64,000 bases of DNA from Takakia lepidozioides. Its lineage: Eukaryota > Plantae > Bryophyta. Shown piece after piece: positions 35,247 through 47,486 of the stretch; positions within the stretch are counted from its first letter, which is position 1, and each line of letters opens with the position of its first letter. The stretch is taken from assembly GCA_030704615.1 (NCBI GenBank), contig CM060731.1:77934001-77998000 (forward strand), written 5' to 3'. Below the pieces are notes generated by a model. The model searched no databases, had not been told where the DNA came from, and worked only from the letters and a program-made list of their open reading frames with translations. A program made the translations under genes and the position numbers.

Positions 35247-37410
35247 CTTATTAAAACACCATTGTGAAGGAGTCATGAAGAACTCCTGCCAGAGTTGGTT
35301 TCGGCTCGTTGTTTGACCTGCATACAAGGAGTACAAGACCATGACAACTTGGCCAATTTCCAATCACCTGTGTCTCCATAATGGAGACCCTGATGCTTAA
35401 GCATACATCATGAGCAGCTCCTACTTGAACTGGCTCTTATTGAGGAAGGCTGAAGAGACTTCATATTTCTCTATATCACCACAGCCACATGCATTCCATC
35501 TGTGTCAAATTGGCAATCTATGTAAAGCCACATTTTTGAATTGTGTAAGAGGCCTGAGACAATGCTGCAAGCTGGATTCCAGGGTGACAGCATGAAGACG
35601 AAGCTATAGTACACGCGCTCTATCCAGGATCAACATCATTGTGAAATGTAAGGTCCACTGATGGAGCCCAAATCAGGCATAGGCAATCCCTTCTTCCCAG
35701 CTGTGAACTAACTGTAAGAGGTAGCATACATATAGGTTCAACTTTAGCCCCATCCCCAGGTGTGCTGCTGAGGTGTCTAGCATGATCATCAAAGGCTGGA
35801 AAAAGCTCAGAAAGGATTTGTGCTGAACATCAGCTTACTTGCTTGTAAGAAAGTTATTATATCCCCAGGAGGCCCAAATGGCTGCGGTAGAAAAAGGAAA
35901 GAGAGATTTACTCATCACACTGCTTGTCATAGTCGTGTAGTTATAGACCCCAGGCCCAGTTTTGAGGGAGTTATCCACCTGTCACCCACAAGACACTAGC
36001 CAACATGTCAGGCGTTCCACTAGCGAATAACTACTGCATTGCAACTGCCCACAGAGACGAATGTTTCTTATCCCCTAACACATATGAGACCCACTCCTAC
36101 ACAACTTGTCCGTTAAGATACAGATAGTTGTAGAGGACAAACAAAAGTGGCACTCACCTTAGGACATGCTTTAAAAAGGTAATTTTTGTTGACATAAGCA
36201 TCCACAACAAGGCACCCTGTGACAAAAATCCTGTCCCCTATCTTCATAAGGTACTCTGCACACTCAGCCAGAGTATCCAACTCCAACCTGCCATCCCACC
36301 AGGGTCTTTGTCAACTACCTTATACAGTAAACCCATTTGCATTAGTCTGCTGCAGAATGTGAGGCTTCTATATCCATTCACCACATGGAGAAGAGAGGGC
36401 CTTGGTTACTTGCAAGCTCAGGAGAGCAGTGGAATTCGCTGCCACTTTGAGAGGATGAAGACCAAGTGGGAAGCAGGAAAGCGGCAATTAAACTAAGAAC
36501 AAGTAAAGGCATGCTGGCTTGGACTTGCAGACCTTGTAATGTCCAGTGTGACCCCATGTTCTAGACATAAAAAATGAGAGAACACAGGGAGAATATTACA
36601 CACATAGCAAAACCAGCGGTGTTCACCGTTTCACTGAAGAAGAATCAGCATCAATTTTTTCCACTATAACTCAGTCCACATAATGTGTGTAGGGTCCCCC
36701 ACTCACTATGATATTTGAGTGTGTAGTATGGCGCAGGGCTCTGCTGATGTGAGTATATTGCTGCTAGTGCCTCTGTATAATGGAAGTCCAAGTAATCTAA
36801 AGGCTTTATCAACTTACCCAACACAACATGACCAACCCACCAACATATGCACAATCTGGAATGACCAAAACCTCACTGATCGCTTCCCTAAGCATCAACA
36901 TTAGACGGTCATGACATATTGCACACAACCGACTGAGAAGACGCAGCTAAGAATTTTGTGCCTAAAGAACACAAGAGCTTACCCCTTTGTTTTAGTATCA
37001 GAGTTTGGCACAGCAAGGCTCGATTTTGCCAACAGTTGTTGAGTGTCCACGAGCTTGATCTCCATGTCCTGGCGCACACTGCCAATGAGGTGCACTGTCT
37101 TGGTGATTACCTTGCTACATGTGACCACCGCCAGTTGCGGCCACGCATTGTTCTCCACCTCCAGGTAACCTCCTAGCCCATCACCCTGTCCATAAACCTC
37201 CTCCCCCTCCACCGGTCCAGCATTTGACTTGAAACTGTTGGAAATAAATCTGAATGCACTACGGTTTGAAAGCCGCAGAGGGTGGTACAGTGTGAGCAGA
37301 GCAAGCACCTCATGCCACATCAAGATACCTCGATGGCCTGCCTGGCATAGGGCGACTAGGACCACGGGGGAGCGAGTCATTGCCCCCCTGCTTACTGTAT
37401 GCGCTGTCAT
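35247..37410 (-). CDS. Organellar ssDNA-binding protein (OSB-like) exons: targeting peptide, OB fold and first half of a PDF motif, in frame with the PPR-DYW exon
   Basis: 37410-36983 ends ...KTVHLIGSVRQDMEIKLVDTQQLLAKSSLAV...; 36287-36158 reads LAECAEYLMKIGDRIFVTGCLVVDAY; linker exon 35881-35839; 35317-35247 reads NQLWQEFFMTPSQWCFNK; all boundaries GT-AG and phase-compatible. Confidence 0.75.
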
Positions 37411-38459
37411 GGCTGCTCATCCGTCAACTCTTCAACCCAAATCCTGGATTTCCCAATATGGACAAATGAAGCAAAATCCAGCCAACAACAGATATAGTCT
37501 CCAGAATAATTAAGACTCAAAGAGGAAGACGTTGAGAGTGCGTGAAAAAAAATCAAGCTATCACCATCCTTGGACAATGGGTGGGAGGCACCTGCAGGAG
37601 TGAGAGCAGAAGCATGAACCAACCGCCCTTTGTGCCAAAATGAAACAACCACATCTGGCCATGTGTGGGGACAAATCCGCCCTCATGCTTGAACCTTGAA
37701 GCAACATGCTTTCTTTGATGCACGTTGCTTGTATCTCCATTGATGCCCGCAAGAACAAATCCCATCTTGAAAGCGTACAGCAATTGCTCTTTATCCCCAA
37801 AAATCGTGGAGACGAAGCTTGCAATGGTGTGGTAATGATATTGCACCTAAAAAATCTTAAGAACACGAACAGCCATCCTAGGGAGCGTGCTGAACCCACA
37901 AATAATGGTCATCTTCTCACTGAACAGTTATGTCCCTCTTCTCTACCACGCCGAATGCAGGAGGAGCCCTTATATTTTCCGTGTATGTAAGCCGATCTCA
38001 ACTTTTAGGACGTGGCAAGTTAGAAGTTACAACCACATGCCCTCTTCCTCACGTCTGTAGTCTTGTATGCTCGAACACGATCTTTCAAATTTGAATGTGT
38101 ACATGAGAAAGGGCAAGTCCTAACACCTGACAGCTGGAAGGGAATGTGGATACCTGGTGAGGAATGGCGCTCTAGGTCTTGACGCCTTGCACAGGATCTG
38201 GATTATGGGTGGACCAGAGAACACGAATCTTACATAGGACCGATCCACGAGCTTCGACAATCTACAGAATCTTCTGCCAGATTCAACACCGGTTGGGGGC
38301 CGACAATTCCAAAACCATTATAAACATTCTCCTGTCCGCTTTGGTAGCTCTGCGACTGGTGTTGGGATAGTAGTGAATCGGTCCCAATATGGATGTGGCT
38401 TGATTTTGTTGCAAGCGTGTGAGCTGACAGGTACGGCCCGCGAGGTACAGTCCGGGAAC

Positions 38460-39730
38460 CCCCCCTCCAGCAGCCTCGTCGGCGAGCTGGACGCCCCATG
38501 TCAAAATCACTCCCACCCCCCTCCGACCCCTCCACCCGCTGCTCCCTCCCCGCGCCCCCCTCACCCCCCAACACCCGCCCCCCCCCCCCCCCCCTCCCCC
38601 GGGACCCTCGACCCTCGCCCCACCGCGGGCCACACGGCGCCCCACAACACCGCCTGATCTCCAGCCACGTGGCGGCCCCCCCCGCTGTGGATCCCCTCAC
38701 TGCATTGATCCCCGTCCAGTGCCGGAGTGATCCCCCACCCCCATCTCCAGCCACATGGCGCTCCCCGGAACCGTCGATCCCCTCCCCATCCATCCAACCT
38801 CACAAACAATGGATGATGTGGGTCATGGGCCCCTCATCCTCCCGCCATCCTCCACCCGCCGCTCCACCCAGGGGATGGACGACGGCCGGATGAAGGGCGG
38901 ATGACACTGACAGGCCACGTGCCGCTCCCCCCGCCATCGATCCCCTCTTCCCATCGACGGCCTGATCCCCCGAGACGTCGCCGGTCCCCCCCCCCTCGAT
39001 TGATCCCCCGTCCAATGCGGTGACTAATTCCCCTCCACCCATCGGCCGGCACGTGGCGCTCCCCCCGCCGCCGATCCCTCGTCCCATCCACGGCGCGATC
39101 CCCCAAGACGTTGCCGCTCCCCCCGACCTGGCTTGATCCCCCCTCCGGACCGGGAGTGATCCCCCACCCCTAATCGCCGATCCCCCGGGCCATCGGCTGC
39201 CACGTGGTGCTCCCCTGAACCGTTCATCCCCTACGCATCCATCCAACCTAAAAACTGGGTCATCCGCGGTCCCCCTGCATTCGATCCCGTCCTCCCATCC
39301 AGCTGGCGCCCGGGCCGCTCCCCCTGCCTCGGTTGATCCCCCGTCCAAACCGGGAATTGATCCCCCTCTCGTCTTCTACCACCACATGGCAGTCTCCGTA
39401 GCCGTTGACCCCTTCGTCCCATGCACGGTGCGATCCCACGAGCCGTTGCTCCCCCTCGCCTCGGTTGATCCCCCGCATCATGCCACGTGGCTCCCCACCC
39501 TCGACCCCCCGCCCGCGCGCGTCAACGGCGGAACAGGGGATCGTCCCCCCCATGGCGGTCCCCACACCACATGCCGTGATCCCCCATCCTTCCGCTCCCC
39601 ACCCACACCACCCCCCCCCCCCATCCGCGATCCCCCCACATGTCAAATGTCAAGGCTGTTTGCACGTGGCTATCATTCTGTTCATCTGTGTCGTCCTCCC
39701 CCATCCAACGGCCATGCACACCCCCCGCCA
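38460..39730. repeat. Very C-rich degenerate repeat array (GATCCCC and GCCACGTGGC motifs), probably TE-derived
   Basis: Many GATCCCC units; block ~38740-38800 recurs at ~39190-39250; repeated CACGTG/CACATG cores. Confidence 0.7.
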
Positions 39731-40348
39731 TTTTGGTCTGCGAGATGAACGGAGTGGATGTATTGAAATTTAGGGTTTCCGGCTGCTCGCAGATTTGATC
39801 CTCTTTACACGCGTGTATGTTGCACTTGCGCGTATAGTTTGCTATCGTGTATTATTTTTGCAGGACGCGTATGGTCTACTGTTGTGTACTGTTCCTACAG
39901 GGGTGCTGGGCATCGTGACTGGATCTTCGGAGTTGCGCACGTCATTCCTTCTATCACAACTAGTGGCACGTTGCAAATCCCCCCGGATGGTTCCTTCAAC
40001 CACAAGTCGTTTATATGGACTCCAACTATTTCAAGTGGAGGTGGACATCGTGTGAATACGGATGTTGCGGTCATTCCTTGGACCTGGATCGACGATTTGT
40101 GAGAGGGGAGGAAGAAAAGGCAGAGGCGCCCACTCATTTCAACAGAACGGTGCCTAAAAAGGGAAAGCATGAGAAGGGCGAGCTTTTAGCTCCAAGGGCC
40201 AATAGTTGCTCTCTTGTGATAAAGTCCGCCTTCACCTTTGTGGTTTCTGGATGGTCTCAGTGTGTTCTTTGAAATGGCATGTTGTTTGTTTGCATTGTTT
40301 ACTCTTCTATTTTGTCAAAATGCTATGCTCTCTTGCTCTGAGTATTCC

Positions 40349-41056
40349 TGTCGCGGCCCTTTGCCTTGAGGGCAGGGGGTCGGGACACATGAGGGGCTGC
40401 CCCTGTGGTGGGGGCAGCGGCAGCGATAGGTATGGGGGGCTGAAGCACCCTTGAGTGCCCAAAGGCACTCAGGGAAGCGGAGGCGCTCACTAGGTGGAGC
40501 CCCGCACACTGGGTTGCGGTGGGGGTGGCTCCACAAGGGGTGGTGGTAGCTTAGCGGGACTTAGTGGGGGTGGCATAGGACTCACCATGGGGGCGGAGAC
40601 CTCGTGGTGGGAGTCGTGGGGAGTCTTGGGACTCATCACGGTCCATAGGGGCCGTGGTGAGTGGGCCAAGACTCACAGCGACTCATCACCGGGAGTCGAG
40701 GGTTTTCGTGGTGGTTCGCCATAAAATGGCATGGCTGGTTGTGAAACCCCCGCGAACAGCTACAGAAGTATATGTAGGGAGTAGTAACCCCGAGAACGGT
40801 GCAAGCCCATTGGTGACCAAAAACTAGTGAGTAAGCGAGCGAGCCGGAAAGCGACCAAAGAGTGGGGAGCTGTTCCGGACTCCCGCTGGGCCGAAATCGG
40901 TGGAGGGTTCTTTGGGAGAACAAAGGGGGACCGTTATGCCCCGGTGAGCAGCCGAAGCTCCAAGTTGGCCCGGCGGCCAGGTTGGGAGTTAGGCGCGCGC
41001 ATCAAAGCGAGTGACTATGACTTGAAGGGGAGCTTACCGAAGTGAGGTGCGCGACA
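40349..41056 (+). mobile_element. 5' LTR of a Ty3/gypsy retrotransposon (708 bp)
   Basis: Terminal inverted repeat TGTCGCG...CGCGACA, followed after 2 nt by the primer-binding site. Confidence 0.85.
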
Positions 41057-41058
41057 CT

Positions 41059-41070
41059 TGGTATCAGAGC
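41059..41070 (+). promoter_or_regulatory. Primer-binding site complementary to the tRNA-iMet 3' end
   Basis: TGGTATCAGAGC directly downstream of the LTR end. Confidence 0.9.
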
Positions 41071-41111
41071 TTAGAGTTCAGTACGCGATCGTCCTTGGGA
41101 TTGGCTTCATC

Positions 41112-43185
41112 ATGGGGTCGGGCAAGCCGAAGCGAAAGCGGAACGGCCCAAAAGATGATGATCCTGGTGAGCCCGATGGGGGCGACGTGTCACCGAGGCG
41201 GCCGTTTGAGGAAGCGATGCATGTTTCCAAAAACGAGGCCGCTCAAGAGCGGGAGGAATCCGAGGAGTCGGAGCCCGAGGAATCCTTGAGAGCTCCGACA
41301 AACCAAGAGATGCCTCCCATGCCGGCAGCCTTTTGGGAAGGGTTGTTGGCGCAGTTTGGCGGGACGTTGAAAGACGTGTTGAAGGCAGCTAATGCCACTT
41401 CCACTAAGGCAAAGTTTAAGGTGAAGCCTAAGGTGAAGCCTAAGGAACCCGGCACCTTCGAAGGCGTCCAAAATCGGAAGGCACTCAACACCTGGCTCCT
41501 GGAGCTAGAGCAGTACTTCCGGGCGGCCAAGTTAAGTGACGAGGATCGGGTGGAAGTGGCTCCCACCTATTTGAGGGGCTATGCTCAACAATGGTGGCAG
41601 AAACGCCTTCACGACCGAGGTCCAAGCCCGGAAACCTTGAACTGGAGTGGGTTCAAGGAATTGATGAAGAGACAGTTTGTGCCCCTCAAAGCGTCCTGGC
41701 TTGCCCGGGACAAGATGAGGAATTTGAAGCAAACAGATGACATTCGGGGGTATGTCCAGGCTTTCAATGTGCTGTTGCTCGAAGTCGCGGACATGGCAGA
41801 ACCAGAAATGGTCTTCAACTTTGTGGCGGGATTGGCCCCATGGGCCAAGCGGAAGTTGGAGGAGAAGCCACCCAAGACTTTGAACGAGGCAATTGAGAGG
41901 GCTGAATGTTTCTCGGATGTCCCTAGGGGTGAGAGACAAGGCCGTACGGAGCTGAACCACAAGAAGACCCGGCGGGAAGGTGACTCCTTCCGACCGGAAA
42001 AGAAGTGGGATAGGCCACGCGGCGACAATGGCACGTGGAAATCGAAGGGAGGGCCTTCACTCGTCAAGGCGGCACCCGGTGCTTCGAAAGGAAAAGCGGG
42101 TGAAGCGGCTTATGGCGAACAGAAGGCGACCTTTGATGGAGTGTGCTTCAATTGCGGGGAGCCCGGGCACATGGCCAAGAAGTGCACGAAACCTCGACAA
42201 TTGAACATGACTCGGGCAACCATGGAGCTGTCGGAAGATACCATCAGTCGCTTGGTGGAAGCGGTGGTCGCCTGGACTTGCAAGGTAGGCAACTATTCTT
42301 GTGAGTTGTATCAGGAAACTGACGCCCTACGTAAAGGGAGTCAGTTATTGTTCGTGGATGGGATAATATCCGGAACTAACGTGTCGTTGTTGGTGGACAC
42401 AGGAGCGTCGCACTCCTTTATGACGCCGGTGGCGGCGCGAAAGTTGGGACTCCCGACAAGTGACGTGGGGGCCTCTATTGAGGTGCGTTCTGCCAAAGGA
42501 GAACCACAGTTGGCGACAAGGTTGGCGTTTGATGTTCCTCTTCAACCGGGGAGTTGGGAGGGACGTGAGAACTTCACCATCTGCGAGATCGATGGAGTGG
42601 ATCTCATTTTGGGGATGACCTTTTTGAGCAAATCCGGAGCGGTCATAGATGGCCGCAAGAGAGTAGTCACACTGCCATGTGGGAATGGTGGCGAGGTCTT
42701 ACGAGTGTCGGAAACGCCCAAATCCGTGGGAGGGCGAATAAACCTTCTGTCAGCAAGGGAGTGGGCCGTAGAGGAGGCACACGAGCCCCAGTTTTTGCTC
42801 TACATTAGAGAAGTGAAGGGAGAAGGCGATGGGGAGCCGAGCCCAGATTGGATCAAGGGGATTTTGGAGAAATACCAGGATGTGATGCCGGAGGATTTAC
42901 CAAGCGGTTTGCCACCGCGAAGAGGAGTTGACCACAAGATTGAGGTGATACCGGGATCGGAACCGCCTGCCAAGGCGCCCTACCGGTTGAGCCACAGAGA
43001 GTTGGTCGAGCTGAAGACTCAGCTCAAAGATCTAATGTCAAAAGAGTACATCCGGCCGAGTAAGTCACCTTACGGAGCCCCGGTGCTATTTGTAGATAAA
43101 AAGGATGGGACGCTGCGGATGTGTGTTGATTACAGGGCTCTGAATAAGGTGACTATCAAAAAACCAGTACCCTTTGCCAAGGATC
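41112..43185 (+). mobile_element. Ty3/gypsy gag-pol (Gag, zinc knuckle, protease, start of RT), 3'-truncated
   Basis: Gag core (WL.ELEQYF...A.QWW); [14 protein letters not shown]; [10 protein letters not shown]; [33 protein letters not shown]; one extra A before NQYPLPRI; homology stops at 43185; no RNase H, integrase or 3' LTR in the window. Confidence 0.95.
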
Positions 43186-46100
43186 AGTGCTCTGAATGTC
43201 AAAGTGAAGAAATTCAACCAAGCGCGGGTAAACGGCGGGAGTAACATGCGCTCAAAGTCCTCCTCAGTCAATCCGAACAAGTGCTTTCTTCGCACCCCAA
43301 AAATTGGATGTGCCATAGGCATATGTCTAAGGTCTTCAGGCCGTGGGTCATCCATGAGAATCAGCTGCACAAGTAGAGGCGGCGCATTTTGGTCGCTTGT
43401 GGCTTCAATGGCAACAGCAGAGGCGGCTTCTAGAACATGGTTGGCTTCCTCAATAGAAAACTCCATGGAATAATGAAAGGGTACAAATGACCACCGGCGG
43501 TCCGCAACGATCCGGTGGAGCTCATTATGCCAATCCAAATGGGGATTAATTTCTCCCACCCTAAGCCGGGGAAGTGTGAGGTCTTCAGCTCCGGGGCGAA
43601 TTACCGGTGATGGCGATCGCCAAACTGCAAAAAGCGCCGTGCTATGTGAGAGAAAGACAGTCTGCTAGTCCGCAGTCTGTTGGATGACAGGACTTCCCAT
43701 TGGCATGGGTTGCATGATGGGCTCTTGGAGAGGAGTCTGCAGGATGACAGGCTGCTTGTTGGGAGTCTGCTCTCTTGGAGTCTGCTGGATGACAGGCTGC
43801 TGAACGGGAGTCTGCTGGATGACGGCCTGCTGAATGGGAGTCTGCTGGATGGCAGACTCAGCTGTCCCAGACGCATTCCCCCCCGACGCGTCTTCAATAT
43901 GTAATGCCGCTATAGCAGCAGATGACCCAGGATACTTCAATAATATGTACTCTCGCACGCGGTCCACTTCCGCACGCACTGCAGTCGCTTGTAAATGAGC
44001 ATCATTGCTAGGTTTCCGCCAAGCCTGAATGGCCCTACGAATAGAAACACGTTCATCCTAGTACACGGCAGAGAACTTCGACATCAGGAATATGGACGTG
44101 GACTCTATATTCACCTCATGCAGCGGACTGGACTCACAGACCAGCAGACTGTAATGTGTGTACGTAGGGTGGAGGCAACTAGTAGACTATACCAATGGAC
44201 TGGACCAGCGGACTGACAAACGGTCTCAGTAAGTAATGCAGCGATATAAAACAGACTAATTGACGAGCGGACTGAGCCAGCGGACTGAGGAGAGAATGCA
44301 GGGGACTGACCAGACTGAATAGGCAACGTGACCCCGATGATGGACTCAAACAACACAGAGAACAGACTGGGCAGTCAGACTGACCATTACCTCCTCTACT
44401 TCATCATCGTCATCTTCATCTTCAAAGCTGTTCAACCAGTTCTGTTCCGCCTGTCGGATTAATGTGCGTAGCAGACCTGAATGGGCAACTCTGTAGAAAT
44501 AACGGAAGAAGTCTGGATCCCCAATTGGTGGGCACTCTGGTGGGAAAAACCCAAAGTCAACGAGGCGCAATGTGCCAGGGCAGACTGGCCCTTCAGTGCT
44601 CTGTTGAGTTTTTGGTTTTGACCCTAAGCCGATGGCATGGGTCGCGATATTTGTGTGAGTCTGTTGCCGAGTCTGGTCAGGCAAGTCAATGTCCACTGGA
44701 CTTGTCACCCCTTCCAGGCCCTGAGCAGATTCACTTTCAGTATCAGTACTGATGGTGTGGGTCTGCCGCCCAGGACGAGGTTCAGTCTGTTGCGTGGATT
44801 TTGCCCTTGCCTCGCGAGCAGACCTTGCAGCCTTCTCTTTTTTTTGCCACTCCTTTTTTTGGGCCCTATCACTCAGTTTACGTTTTCTGGGAGTGTCCAG
44901 CGTTCCCTGCACTTGCAAATCCTCCATTGACGGGCCACCACAATGGACGCCATACCGTGCGCGCACTTCGTCTAATTCCAAAGTGCGGGGGTCAAGCACT
45001 GATCCGCGCAAGCGCATTGTGGCCTCTTTGACAATCGACATTTCTTTCAGTATCGGCCAAGGCTTGAAATCCCGTGGAATCATTGCAACAGTCTCCTTGC
45101 AACCCGTGTCAACACAATGCCGATTTAGTTGGATTTTGTCCTTGATTACTTCTTCACAGAAGGGACATAAGAGCTTGTCCTTCTGCCAATTCGAGTTTTT
45201 GGGCTTCCGGGCGCGGAGGTCTACAAATGCTTCCACTATTTTATGATCAAACTCGTCTGATGAGTACCAGTACCTTCGCTCCTTCTTCAGTCTGGTTTGG
45301 TGCACAAAATCCAACCAGTCCGCTCCACCTTTTTCACAAGCATCCTCCATCGCTGCAGAATGAAACAAAGGTGTAAGGACAATGAGCGACAGAGCGACAG
45401 ATAGAAGTCCTATGAAAAGACTCACCCTAAGCAAGAAGAAGAGGACACAGAATGGAATGGAAACACCGCAGCAAGTGAGAACCTCACCGAGCCGATGAAC
45501 TTCGAGTTGTTACGAAGGCGAGCGTGTTTGCGACGCTTCGCGGCTCACCGCGACTCTCCACACCTGGGGAAGAACGGTCGTCTTTCGTTACGGTGATGGA
45601 AACGCAAAGAGGAAAACAAAGCAGTGCAAAACTGTGCAAAGAAACAGGCGCGAAGAGAATGGAGAAAGTAGAAGTAGAAGGGGGAAAGCAGGCATGGCAC
45701 TGCCAACGAGGTGCGATTTCACAGGCGCCAACTATCCGCCGTCATCGCATTGAATACGTTCACCGAACGAACGGATCGTACTAAATTCATCCACGCTCCT
45801 CGCAAGTGCAGCAGACTCATTTCCCATCGGGCCGAGAGTCCACCGGACTGCCAGTCCAGCGGACTATTTGCTTTGCTGAGGCGAAGCGGCTTCATATTGG
45901 AGGCACTTCCCTGCCAGCGGAATGAAGACAAAAGAGAGTAAGGGGAGAACAGGAAAGTCGAACACACCCATTGCGAACAGACTCGCGGCACAACAGATTG
46001 ATGCATGCACAGTCCAACAGACTGATATCCATAGAGGAGAACTGTCCAGCAGACGGACGTTTCGCCAGACTGGCGGGAGAATAAGCCAAACAGACTTAAT

Positions 46101-47350
46101 GCAACAGACTTCCGACACAACAGACTGACAAATTCACAAGTGCAACAGACTGCTATCCCAACAGACGGACTTCCAGCAGACCGCCTCCAAACTGACTGTT
46201 ATGCACGCGATAAGGGGAATATCCGGAGCACTGACAAGCCAGCGGACCCACTATGAACAGACTCGCAACACAACGGACCTCAAACATCCACGCGCATTTG
46301 CAGATGCAATTGTCTCAGACATCTCCCGTCGTGGCTCAGACATCTGCATTCAGCAGGTGCGTGTGGATGTTTGAGGACCTTACGACTGGATGGTGTTCCG
46401 TGACAACCCGAATTGTTTTTTTGTGTTGCCATCCCTTATATAATACCATGTGGATCCCTCACAAAGCTGGGTTTTTTCAGATTCTCCACCCTTTTCCACA
46501 ACTTATGCACGACGGATGCAAGCCGCTATACTTGGTCGCATAAACAGTCCTATCGTCCGATACAAAATCTGCAATACACGCCCCCATGTGCATACGCTTC
46601 CACCATTTTCGCGCCCATGTTACCCGTGGGTTCCTTTAACGAACTAAACTTGTGAAGGCTCTCATGAGGGATGCAGTACGAAGGGGCTAAACGTATCATG
46701 ACGGATCACAAGCAGAGGACGTTATCGACGACAGATGTCCGCATTTTCCATATTTATGACATAGAACCAAACCATAAAACGAAGGTTCCCGAAAGCACAA
46801 CAAGAAGGCAAAAATAGTGGAAGCATATGCACGATGGTGGCTGTAGTGCCCAGACAGTCCTCTCATGTTCAAGCACACGCTTCATCATCATCATGAACAT
46901 CTCGCGCAAAAGAGGAATAGTCGCGTGCATGGAAACGCCTACCGCAACATCGGACAACAAACAGCCGTCAATAGAGAGCGGCCGGGATTTGGTGGGAAGA
47001 TCATTGCCATTTTCGCAGCCCTAAAAATGGAGGGCTCGGATGGGTTATGGGAATGGACGGTGGCGATCCTGCGCCGTCATCGGACTGGATGGCAGGAGAC
47101 TGGCCAGCAAACTGGCAGGCAGACTGGCGGACTGGCAGATTGCTGGGCAGCGGACTGGCCAGCAGCGGACTGACGGACTGGCAGACTGCTGGGCAGTCGA
47201 CTGGCCAGCAGCAGACTGGCGGACTGGAGGGCAGCGGACTCATGGGCGGGGGACTAGCCGTGCGGGGCGGGCGGGGTGCTGCGGAGCCGGGCGTCCGTGC
47301 GCGGGGCCCACCGGCCACATCGCGAGTGCCCATTGAAGACCCTATTATCT
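43186..47350 (-). mobile_element. Unclassified repeat-rich element carrying a spliced orphan gene
   Basis: Dense CAGACT/AGTCTG micro-repeats at ~43660-43860, 44120-44385, 45810-46330 and 47080-47260; minus-strand ORFs; no terminal repeats could be defined. Confidence 0.5.
44391..45350 (-). CDS. Hypothetical protein exon with a zinc-finger-like motif, a basic NLS-like patch and an acidic tract
   Basis: Open frame from ATG 45350 (acceptor at 45353) to donor GTAATG after 44391; CPFCEEVIKDKIQLNRHC, PRKRKL, EDEDDDDEVEE. Confidence 0.55.
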
Positions 47351-47486
47351 TAAAATGAGAGGCCTTCATCCCCTCTTAATAAATGTTTTTCTAAAAACAA
47401 TTGCTCTATTTTGTAACCTAAGATTCAATACCTGCAATTATTATTATTATTATTATTATTATTTTACTTTATTTTGTAACCTCCTT

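Noticed and set aside
38179-39773. Many overlapping Pro/Gly/Arg-rich ORFs
   Set aside because: Expected by-product of a very GC-rich repeat with few stop codons; no domain motifs
41110-42545. Antisense ORFs within gag-pol, and similar shadow ORFs in the PPR, YAK1 and PDI exons
   Set aside because: Shadows of real coding frames with no independent evidence
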